A program made the translations under genes and the position numbers. A stretch of 8,769 nt of DNA, from positions 1 through 8,769 of the forward strand of contig VJWM01000427.1 in NCBI GenBank assembly GCA_010909165.1, given 5' to 3'. This stretch comes from Anthoceros angustus (lineage: Eukaryota > Plantae > Anthocerotophyta). The notes under the pieces were generated by a model. That model was not told where the DNA came from, did no database searches, and saw only the letters and a list, made by a program, of their open reading frames with translations. Positions 1 through 8,369 of the stretch are shown one piece after another (position 1 is the first letter of the stretch; each line of letters begins with the position of its first letter).

Positions 1-1684
1 TGGTCGTTCGCTGCGGTTTTTCCTTCTAGTCCCGTCGGACGTTGGTTGGGAGCTATCTTCAAACATGCCTTGAAAACCCGGTAGGTTAGGATCTCCAATA
101 CACCGTCCGTGTCAGAATCTCCAATTGGTCAAGAACTAATGCTTTGGCATGGACTCAGCGGATCATCCTCAACTTCGGAACATGGTCTTGGGGTTAATAT
201 CATTGACCATATTGTATGGTGGAACGTTTCTCCTCGCGCCTCAAGGTGGTGAAATTTGAGCCCTCGTTATTCAGTAGCGATTTGCATATGGTGGAGTTCA
301 AATAGGAACTTGGTCTTTATGAGCTCTTGGGTTCTCACATAAGTGTGCTCTCTCGTCAGGCAAACCCATATGAAAGAATACAAAAGGTCTCACTTGACAC
401 AAAGTGATCGAGATGTGACGCTTCCGCCTTTGTGAGAGCATTCTTGTCCGCACGATTCGGTGGCAAAATCTCTTGGTATACTCATGACGGCCTTCGTGCA
501 TGCTGTTCTCCGTAACCCACCATTGCACGATCGAATGCACGGTTCGTCACAGTCAATTCTAGGTTCTCCACCTCGCAACCCAAAAGGCTGTTTTGGTCAT
601 CCGCCTCACATGCGGCAATCCCTTAACCAGCCCACCTGTTGATCTCAGTCTAAATCTCGATCTAACCGTGCACTTTCCCTTGCCCTTGCCTTGGGATATA
701 ATTACCAAGACATACGCCAGCCTCTGATCCTACTCGGACCCGAGAAGAAGAACATCCGGCACAAGGATGGTATCGCTATTCGCTCGACCTCTACAGGATT
801 GGCCACTTGCCGCATGGTATCTCTAGCTCATGGTCGGCCACTAGAGATTTTAAATGCTGAGATCGGTATACCTTGACTCCCCAAAGCGTTCCATCATATC
901 TTGTCTTGGTAAAGGTACTTACGCATCGGCTTTCTTGAGTGCCTTCGATGCCATCAATGATCTATGAGGTTGGGATGCGGGCTTTCCATGTACTTATAGT
1001 GCACAAAGGTTGCCCCAGATGGGGTTTACGGATAGGCGAAAACTCGAAATCCTCATTCGGAGTTCCAGGCGTGGTTGATAAATATTTGCAAACACTACAA
1101 CCATTGCCCCACCTGCGTTCTCTCTCGTGATTTTAAATTGATGTTGATAATTGTGGTTGTTCAAGCGTCCAAGCTGCGGCATCCACCGCCTTTATGCGCT
1201 CAATCGCACTCCCCTCGCTTTGCGCACACTTGGTGCATCGACATATTCTAAGCACCCTCGAAACTCTTCTTTTTCTATCTCGCCTCGTTGCTTGAAATCT
1301 TATTTCTGCTGGGTTCTATCTCTGGGTCTTCTACGCGCGCGGGATCTACATCGTTCCCTCGACATTTGCTACCTATCTTGTTGGGACCCTCTTGGGAAAA
1401 TCTAGATCATAGGCCCTACCCTTCCAAAAGGCTACCTTCCCTGTGCCTCATCCTCGAGACTCTTCTCACGGTTTCCTCTATATGTAAGCAGTACACCAAA
1501 TCACTCTTTATTTTGACCTCGTGAAAGGACCCCAATATGCTTGGTCCTTGAGGCCCGTGCTACGGGTGTACCGTCGAGTGGATTGGGACTCCCCTCATAG
1601 GGAGCCTTGCTCCATGACACAGCGATCCCAGTCCGTTTCTCTTGGACTTGAAGGTGATGCCACTCGACCAAAATCAAAAACATG
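1..1684 (-). pseudogene. Probable degenerate pol linker downstream of the protease (no RT motifs recognised)
   Basis: Follows the protease directly (QVQEKRT..WSKAPYEG at ~1650-1590) and stays purine-rich on the - strand with short charged peptides. I found no YxDD or other RT block. Assigned by position only. Confidence 0.4.
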
Positions 1685-1975
1685 CGTTACCATACAACCA
1701 AGGCCTACCTATCAAAACCTTATAGCCTAAATCCGAGCAGCGCATCGTAGGTAAGATGGAAGGTGAGACCCCCAATCATAGTGGGTACATTCTTGACACC
1801 CTTGTTGGCTTCCTCATATGCAGTCGGCCATCCGTAAAATACCCGGGGGTGAAACTCGATGAACCCAAGTTGATGAGCTGTCTCCTCCGTCATCAAGTTG
1901 ACTCCCGATCCGAATCCAATGGCACATTGGGCGCAAACACCACAATCTCGACCTCAATCTGGGTGCCCCCAAATC
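1685..1975 (-). pseudogene. Retropepsin-type aspartic protease of Ty3/gypsy pol, frameshifted
   Basis: 1919-1891 reads ttggattc(g)ggatcgggagtcaacttgatg = LDSGSGVNLM after restoring one G. 1840-1823 = ILRMAD; VPTMIGGLTF near 1790-1759; 1727-1695 = GYKVLIGRPWL. These match the catalytic D-S-G, LxMAD and LxGRPWL hallmarks of plant gypsy proteases. Confidence 0.88.
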
Positions 1976-2159
1976 AGGATTCGACCATATTTACCTCCAT
2001 GGCGTTTCTCACTCCCAATTCCGGATGTCTGCTTTGGAATCGTCGAAATCAATTCGCCTCCACCTTGACCGTGCAAAATTCTTTATCGCGGTCTGATTGG
2101 TTCGTGCCTCTTAAGCTGCGGCTCGGTGAACTGACCCTGGCCGTCTTGGTGTCACTCGC

Positions 2160-3480
2160 GCCACCCCATTACACAGGATCCCCATTTTATGTCCCAATTC
2201 CTTACATACACGGCAAGGGTACATAACCCTTGCTTGGCAGTTGGGCATTCGTTTGAAGTAGTGACATGGGGCTCCATTATAACAACATCCACTGGTGCCG
2301 CCCGGCCTTTGTGATGGATCGGTCTCCATTGTCACACGCGATGTCGGGCCGATCCATACCTGTGAGGGCGGTGTGGTCGGTTGGTAAGTCGCCCTCATTG
2401 ATCGGGTGGCCGACTTCCGTATTGCTGTGACGTCCACATACCAATAATCTCTGGCATGATGGTTTCCGCATGATTTTACGCATCGTGGTGCGCGAATACA
2501 TTCTCGGTTGGTGTGTCCCGTTTGATGTGATTGAGCAATACACCAGCGCCTCCTGGTGAAGGAGATCTTAAGTGAGCTTGATTCTTCTTCACTTTAACCT
2601 CTAACTCGGTCAACCTCTTGTCAAAGCCTCCACTTGTCCAGAATCCTCCTCTGCTGAGACGTTTCTCCCTTCTCCATCCGACGACCGTTTTCCTTTCCTC
2701 TCCTTCTCCGATGCGTTCCGCCTCTTCACCTTCGTCTTTTGACCTTCTCGAGTCCTTCTTCATCGTGGTTCGTGGGCCTTCTCTGATTCTTCATCCGTTG
2801 TGGAGCTTTCTGGGATTATTGTCACTCACTTCTGATGAGGCGAGGCGTGTTGGAGGCAGAGGAAGATGAGGAGCTAGATCTCCTCGATCCTTTCCTCTTC
2901 TTGTAACCGCCTCTTCTTCTCCTCCTCCCCAACTGTGGACTCCCATTCCTCGGCTAAGCGGAGGCCCACTAACGTCTTGGTTCAGCGATTGTACCTCCAT
3001 TTTTTGAGACAAGCCACTCACAAACCAATCCAACCTCTTGTGAGTACCAGTGGGCGGGTCTCGGCCTCTCGGGTGCATTTCGAACTCGATCTAGATATCG
3101 TAAAACCTCTCCATAATCGAACGCTCACTTCTTCCCTCTGGTCCTCGGCCAAAGTGTATTGTAGCCATTGTTGTCGTGCAAAAAGCAATTTGGACATCGG
3201 ATAGCTGGCTGCATTTCTGCACTTGGCCGTGTGGTAACACCACTAGCGACTACAAACATTTGCGGCAACGTGACATGTCTTGATCAACGGCTCAACTACC
3301 GAATGCAATACGGGCTGCGTTAGAAAAGACAATAATCCTTGCTAAATTCCCAAAATGCCTCATTCAATCCCGTCTGTCCCGATCAAAGCGTGAGTTTGAG
3401 AGTTCTATGACAGGACATAGTGCACGCAACCCAAAACCAAGTGAGACTGGACATCACGAATTCCCAAGCAAGCTTCGGCA
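2160..3480 (-). pseudogene. gag: Degenerate retrotransposon Gag (capsid-like domain plus nucleocapsid zinc knuckles)
   Basis: Stitched frames read ...LQYTLAEDQREEV / MERFYDI*IEFEMHP...KRLDWFVSGLSQKMEVQSLNQD / WEEEKKRRLQEEER / VEALT-KRLTELEVKVKK, then CRVCKELGH at 2215-2189. This resembles the Q-x3-E-S-V-x2-Y-x2-RF ... F-x2-GL pattern of plant retrotransposon Gag. The N-terminal part (MPKL.. / DVQSHLV near 3475-3435) is weaker. Confidence 0.75.
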
Positions 3481-4498
3481 TTCACTACTTGTTCTGATGA
3501 CCGGGCTCGTCCTCCTCCTACGGCTCAAGACTCTCAAGACTATCCTAAGCCAACACTTTGCCTCTTGTATCCAGCGTAGTGCTTTGTCGCTCTCTCGTCG
3601 ATAAGCTCACAGCCCGCCATGCATCGCCTTCCATCCTTTCCATGATTGCGTTTCGGTCTTGTCACTCTCTCACGCTCTAATCTCCTTGTTATGATCCGGC
3701 AAATCGTAATTCGCCTGGCCATGAATAAAGCCTACATGAGATGAACTTCAACAATTGACGGTACTGCGGTACGGTGGAAGTGCAAGCTCTGTTATGCGAC
3801 TGAACTATGGTGAGGCTTTCTTAGCCTTCATAGCTGTCAGGGAAGAAGATGTTCCACCATGAAACCTTCATCCGGACCCTCTTCTTGAGTGCCTCCATTA
3901 CATTCATCACACTACACTCTCATCACTTCGCAATAGATTCCAGACATTCACGGTTATCGACTTTCCCTTGAATCCACTTGAGGACCCAAGGATGGAATTG
4001 TGGTTTTAGTCTCCTTCAATGCGCTCTCGACTTGTTCAACCAATTTCCATACCTAGATCCCACCTTGATCTCCTCTAAAGTTGCTTGCCTATCAAACTTG
4101 GCTCGAACACATGCCATGAATTGCTTTTGACCTCCAAACCCAAAGCAAGAATAGGCTTACCTGACGTTTTCCCCTTGCTGCGGCAATCTTTTGTTATTTG
4201 GGTGCAACAACACCATCCGACTTATCTTTCTCTGTTTGAAGAACATCCCAATACTCCTTCTTCAAGCTCTTGGGCACATACTTATCGCACCCTTTCTTCC
4301 CATGTAAGAAGTGCCTAGCCTCCTTTCTCAAGTTATTCTTCCAATGCCTCGGCCGGGTGCCACTAAGCGAGCTACAATACAAAGCTCCATGGGCTGAAAT
4401 TGTTTGGCGTAAGGTGCTTTCAATAAAACACTTCAGCATCAGTGTGCCCAAAAATCGGCAGATGGGGTTGCACATGGGATTGTGTAGTGCACCCTATC

Positions 4499-4882
4499 CT
4501 TGAAAACCAGGCGAGTCACGTAGTATGTAACGCACATTCAAAAACACATAGACAATTGTGCTTTAGAACATTACATGCAACATAACCTCATGGTGAAATC
4601 CAGGCCTCAACCCAAAATTAATGGAGTTACAAGCAATTGCACTACCTACTTTGCGGTGTAACTCCGGGCACATGTCGAGCGAACAGCACAGCTGAATCGA
4701 GCTGAACTGATTCAGGCACAATTCGGGCCAATGTCGAGCACAGAACACGATATTGCATAAACTGTACTGTCGCACATGTCGTGTCTCGAACTAATCGGCA
4801 TACATGTCGCACCATATATCCATTCCCACTCTTGCAAAACAACCATGCTCCCCTCACCATTTTCCTCACAGAGAATACTTAC
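4499..4882 (-). other. Candidate GT-AG intron (384 bp) of the TnpA-like gene
   Basis: Donor GCG|GTAAGT at 4883/4882; acceptor ttttcaAG|GAT at 4499/4498 (alternative TAG|G at 4494). Splicing joins MKA to DRVHYTIP in frame. The 3' part is T-rich on the - strand. Confidence 0.6.
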
Positions 4883-5092
4883 CGCTTTCATGCATATGCG
4901 CAGTGAACCTCATCTTTGGATGTCGAAATTCCTCTTCCGTTTTGGTGCACGCGCTTGTTGCCCTCAGTCAACGTCCATACATGTAGGATTTCGCCATGTA
5001 CCCGGCATGAGCATCCCCACGATGCTCATGATGGGGTTGACCGGTTGTGTGGCGACCCGTTATTATTATCATCCATCGGTGGCAAGGGTGTC

Positions 5093-5235
5093 CTAGAAGC
5101 AAATGAATCCACTTCGGATCACAGGCCCATTTCCCGATCTCGCGGCATCTTCCAAAATATCGGCTATCTCACGATCACAGGCTATCACAAACCACCACGT
5201 CGAATCGTGCCAATCCTTCATGTCGGCGAGCTCAC
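5093..5235 (-). other. Candidate GT-AG intron (143 bp)
   Basis: Donor CAAG|GTGAGC at 5236/5235; acceptor ttcatttgcttcTAG|GA at 5093/5092. The interior is not strongly AT-rich and the frame could not be verified. Confidence 0.4.
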
Positions 5236-6177
5236 CTTGAAATTTGGTTTAGGAGAATTGGCGTGTATTATTGCGAGCACCTTCATTGAGCTAGTTGTTG
5301 GTCCCTTTTCACCGGCAATGTCGGTCACGAATCACACCCCACCGGTCTGAACTCCGACCTCCTCTTCCGGCCTCCTCAAGCGGCATCCTTGGTTAAGGTC
5401 GCCTCCTCTTCGTCCTTCCTTGCCTCGAGGTCGGCGGCTTGCGGGGATTCGGGCCACATGGCATACACCCATGTCGGCATGTGGGCCTTCCCACTCTTGG
5501 ACAATCCAAGCGGATGTCAGGGTCACCTGTTGCAAGACTTGATTCCAAACCCCTCATGTGGCACATTTCCCATTGGTGAGGCCCGGTTTTGTTGGAAGGA
5601 CATCTTCATCGAGGTAAGGCGCGCCTTTGGACCTTGTGGAACTTGTCCTCCTCATCTTCGTCGCCTCTTGGACCTCGACTCCACAGAACATGGGGGCCAA
5701 AACCCGTCAACCCCAATGTCGGCGGCATTTGGTGATCATTCTGAGCCCTTGAGACTCTTGGTTAAACTCCCTCCATCGTGCTTGGTCCTACTCTCCGACC
5801 TGCGTTGGCCTCCCAAACCATCCATGCCGAACATTGGTAGCCGCTTGCCTTGCCATTTGTCACCCTTAACTCGGCCCGCTGTCCACGATCACCCCTTGCC
5901 ACCTCTTGCTGCTGATGTCTTCCGGTGTTCGCTCATCCTCGTCACCATTGGCGTCTTCTTCTTGTGCGTCCTCAACTTCTTTACTTACCTTTTAGGTGTT
6001 GAGGCGCCCGGCCCTCGGGCGGCGACATCGCCAAGTTCTTGTTTTCACAACCATCTGGGTCCGGCGTCGCGATTCCTTCCAGTGTTCGGGCATCCCAGTA
6101 GAAGGCCGTTGCCAATCGCCTTGTCTCGATGTCTCGGCATGGCATTCTATCTTCACGGCTTTTGGCATGCACCCATT

Positions 6178-6270
6178 CTGGTTGTGAAAAGCGGGGCTCA
6201 TGCGACGAGAAAACAACAAACACATGAATGAAAAGCCCAGAGAAAGAACAACGCCCTCATCTTGACATAC
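6178..6270 (-). other. Candidate GT-AG intron (93 bp)
   Basis: Donor CAAG|GTATGT at 6271/6270; T-rich interior (gttgttctttctctgggcttttcattcatgtgtttgttgtttt); acceptor ttttcacaacCAG| at 6178/6177, just before ATGCCAAAAGCC (MPKA). Confidence 0.55.
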
Positions 6271-6689
6271 CTTGACCTAAACTTGCCTTTACCACACTTG
6301 CGGTGTCCTTCTTCTACCTTGTTTGCGCTCCTCGAGCTGCGATGGCGTGGTATATCCCGACCACAAGAGGCGGTGTGCGGACCCGTTCATAGATGTCTCG
6401 GTACTCTCTCCCTTGGTGCATTACCGAGATGACGTCACGGGGCCCTTTACGGTGCTTTTCGACATCTTCGCAAAGACATGTATTTCCCGCGCATTCTCTC
6501 GAAGAAGAACACTTCTCCTCCGGTGTCTCGTGTGAACGGGCTATTTTTCTCTGGTTAATTTCTGTCTGCATTATTCACTGCATTTATAGCCCGCTCATTG
6601 AGCTTTGGTATTTGAATATTTAACCTAACTGTAGTTACCAGGGCCAGCAGGTTTCGAAACCCAAGGATAAGTTGAAACGCTATGCTTGT

Positions 6690-6816
6690 GGGTTTTCCCC
6701 ATGTCCTTGGGTTTTGGGGTTTGATTTATAATATTGGCCATGATTTCATTTAAGGTTCGTGACCTTTGGGCTATAAATCTTTGGAAAATGGGTTTCCCCA
6801 TTGTCCTTGGGTTTTG
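6690..6816. repeat. 27-bp imperfect direct repeat, copies 100 bp apart
   Basis: gggttttccccatgtccttgggttttg (6690-6716) and gggtttccccattgtccttgggttttg (6790-6816). Confidence 0.85.
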
Positions 6817-6832
6817 TAGCTGGTTAAACTCA

Positions 6833-6980
6833 ATGGTTTGAGTAGTCCTTGGGTTTGGAAAATGGTTTAGTGTTAACACTTTGGGTTTAGAACATGGTTT
6901 ACGGTTCCTTGGGTTCGGACATGAGTTAGCTTTTCTCTAGTTTCGGGACCATGGTTTAGGGTTCCTTGGGTCTTGGGAAC
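6833..6980. repeat. Degenerate ~30-bp tandem array, 5 units (consensus about ATGGTTTAGGGTTCCTTGGGTTTGGAAC)
   Basis: Units start at 6833, 6862, 6894, 6921 and 6951 (29, 32, 27, 30 and 30 bp). Four begin ATGGTTT; most contain (C)CTTGGGT. Confidence 0.8.
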
Positions 6981-6988
6981 ATGTACGA

Positions 6989-7028
6989 TCAAATACATAT
7001 CATCTCGGTCAAATACATATCCTCTTGG
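6989..7028. repeat. 20-bp tandem duplication
   Basis: tcaaatacatatcatctcgg / tcaaatacatatcctcttgg (18 of 20 identical). Confidence 0.9.
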
Positions 7029-7922
7029 TCATAAACTTTGGCGTGCTTGGCCATGACCAGAAGTTGATGTTGAGTTTTGTGACTTGTCATTTTGAACTTG
7101 GCTTCCGGACCATGTCTATGACATGCCGATATACTCGAGGTCCAAGACACTGGCGGCCTCTCATTTGCCCGTCGGCAACAAAAGGGTGCATTGCCTTCAA
7201 GCCACTTCACTGTTAGAGTTCATTCGGCTCTGATCGGAGATCGTGTCTGCTGCGATTGAGTGCGTGACCATGAGTTTTCGATGGTTGTGTGCCGATTTGT
7301 AGTGTTGTAGAGGTAGTGTTATAGATCTGCGCTTTGGGGAAAGTTGCATCTTTGAGAACTCGTTTTGATTCTTTGTGCGTGTGCGCTTCGATTATCGGCA
7401 ATTCTCATTTCGATCGATGGGTTCCACGGTTTTGTTCTTGTCTTGCGGCTGTTGTGGAAGGCGGGAAGCTAGCGCTATGGCTTTCAACCTTTGGGATCGC
7501 AATTTTGAGGGCGACCGAAAGAGCTCGCTGCCCTTATCGACAAGCCCGGCTCCCTTTCTCACCAATATCATGGCGTCGATGCGACTAGTGCACAAGCACG
7601 TTGACAAGCTAGGCGTGTGCGGGGAGGTGCGAGGTTTGCCAATCGGACGGATGTTAGAAATGGGTGGTGCACAGGCAGGATTTTCACGGCTACCACCTCC
7701 TTGTGGCGAATTGGAGAAGGTGGTTGGCATTGAGAAGGAATTGAGCGTGTGGTGGGTGAGGATGCACGGCAGGGGACAGCGGCGTCGCATCCGGCTGTAG
7801 ATTAGTGAGATCGTCGCCATCCGTTTTGTTTAGGCGGTGTTGATGTTGTTGATACCCATAGTTTTTGGGTGAGCATGTTTCTCAATAAAGCGGCCACCTT
7901 TTCATTCGAGTTCTGAACCCTT

Positions 7923-7934
7923 CCCTAAACCCTA
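7923..7934 (+). promoter_or_regulatory. Telo-box-like motif (CCCTAAACCCTA) just inside the subterminal repeats
   Basis: Exact AAACCCTA at 7927-7934, in the position expected for the promoter region of the - strand gene. Function is not shown, and a single 8-mer can occur by chance. Confidence 0.25.
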
Positions 7935-7972
7935 TACCATATGCACATGAATGCTCACATACCCTTGATCCT

Positions 7973-8362
7973 CGTTGTAAACGTGTTGTTGTAAGGTATG
8001 TATGCGTTGTAAAAGCCCGTTGTAAAACGGACAATGCGTTGTAAACCACTTCCCCTTGTTAGTAGACCATGGGCGTTGTAAAGAAAATAAACAAAAGTGA
8101 TGGTATTTACTACTGCGTTGTAAACACATTCATTGTTGTAAAATCATTGCTAGGATCTATGTGTTGCAACCAAGAAGAGCCCTCGTAGTAAAGTAGCTTT
8201 CGATATGCCACGTCATCGAATAGTGGCTAAATACTCCCGTAGTAAAACACGAGCTCCAACCGCGAATGGCTATACAAGAAAATAATCCATGAACCATGAA
8301 GTCCCGTTGTAAATCGACTTGACTGAAATCTTCCCCTGTTCTAAAAAACAGCCTATAGTAAA
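7973..8362 (-). repeat. CACTA subterminal repeat array, unit CGT(T/A)GTAAA (+ strand) = TTTAC(A/T)ACG (- strand)
   Basis: CGTTGTAAA starts at 7973, 8005, 8018, 8037, 8074, 8116 and 8305; CGTAGTAAA at 8184 and 8238; variants at 7987, 8134, 8337 and 8354. One inverted copy (tttactac, 8106-8113) faces the 8116 copy. Confidence 0.9.
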
Positions 8363-8369
8363 AGGCCCG

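Larger units (their letters stand above)
1..3720 (-). mobile_element. Ty3/gypsy LTR retrotransposon internal fragment (gag - protease - post-protease linker), Tat-like; no LTR or PBS recognised; right boundary approximate
   Basis: Minus-strand translation across frameshifts gives, in the expected order, a gag-like region (~3480-2950), a charged coiled-coil-like stretch, CCHC-like knuckles (2545-2171) and an aspartic protease (1975-1685). The element runs off the left edge of the window. Confidence 0.85.
3840..6177 (-). pseudogene. Degenerate CACTA ORF2 / TnpA-like gene (Ptta/En/Spm, Transposase_24-like core at ~4060-4498) with an acidic low-complexity N-terminal region
   Basis: Stitched core: LRICMKA|DRVHYTIP...RHWKNNLRKEA...KYVPKSLKKEYWDVLQTEKDK...K*QKIAAARGKRQVS/YSCFGFGGQKQFMACVRAKFDRQATLEEIK. 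This follows the R-x-WK-x2-L ... P-x5-W-x2-L ... R ... G-x2-G ... R-x-(P/A)T-x2-E layout I associate with CACTA ORF2. The N-terminal part has EVEDAQEEDANGDEDE-type runs. The family call rests on pattern recall and position inside a CACTA. Confidence 0.55.

Noticed and set aside
1-1700. Endogenous caulimovirus or other viral insert
   Set aside because: No movement protein, coat protein, RT or tRNA-Met PBS (TGGTATCAGAGC) motif; the upstream domains fit an LTR retrotransposon.
1756-2226. 156-aa + strand ORF
   Set aside because: Antisense to the protease and the last Gag knuckle, whose motifs are clear on the - strand.
3483-3491. CACTACTTG (also CACTAG at 3241, CACTACAA at 1093, CACTACAC at 3910) as the missing left TIR
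   Set aside because: The match stops after 5-9 bases, none is preceded by the expected TCT duplication and none is followed by TTTAC(A/T)ACG repeats.
3597-3621. Possible primer-binding site (- strand ..CA TGGCGGGCTGTGAGC)
   Set aside because: The implied tRNA 3' end lacks the conserved C61 and a proper TTCRA loop, and no LTR-like sequence can be shown next to it.
4155-4164. Strong donor-like site CAG|GTAAGC on the - strand as a fourth intron start
   Set aside because: The sequence right after it still reads as ORF2-like protein (GFGGQKQF..RQATLEEI) and no convincing acceptor was found; left unresolved.
5389-6231. Longest ORF in the track (280 aa, + strand) as a real gene
   Set aside because: S/L/P-rich with no recognisable domain. 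It is the antisense shadow of the acidic, purine-rich TnpA-like region, and the splice signals point to the - strand.
6833-6980. CRISPR-like array of ~30-bp repeats
   Set aside because: Units are contiguous and degenerate with no unique spacers, there are no cas genes, and the context is eukaryotic TE DNA.
7297-7318. Two GTAGTG words as an internal CACTA end
   Set aside because: Only 6-8 bp, with no A-rich TIR continuation or subterminal array; the region is G/T-skewed, so chance matches are likely.
7375-7820. Overlapping antiparallel 141/142-aa ORFs as a two-gene module
   Set aside because: No recognisable motifs, and ORFs this long arise easily in GC-rich TE leader sequence. Kept only as part of the unassigned-interior finding.
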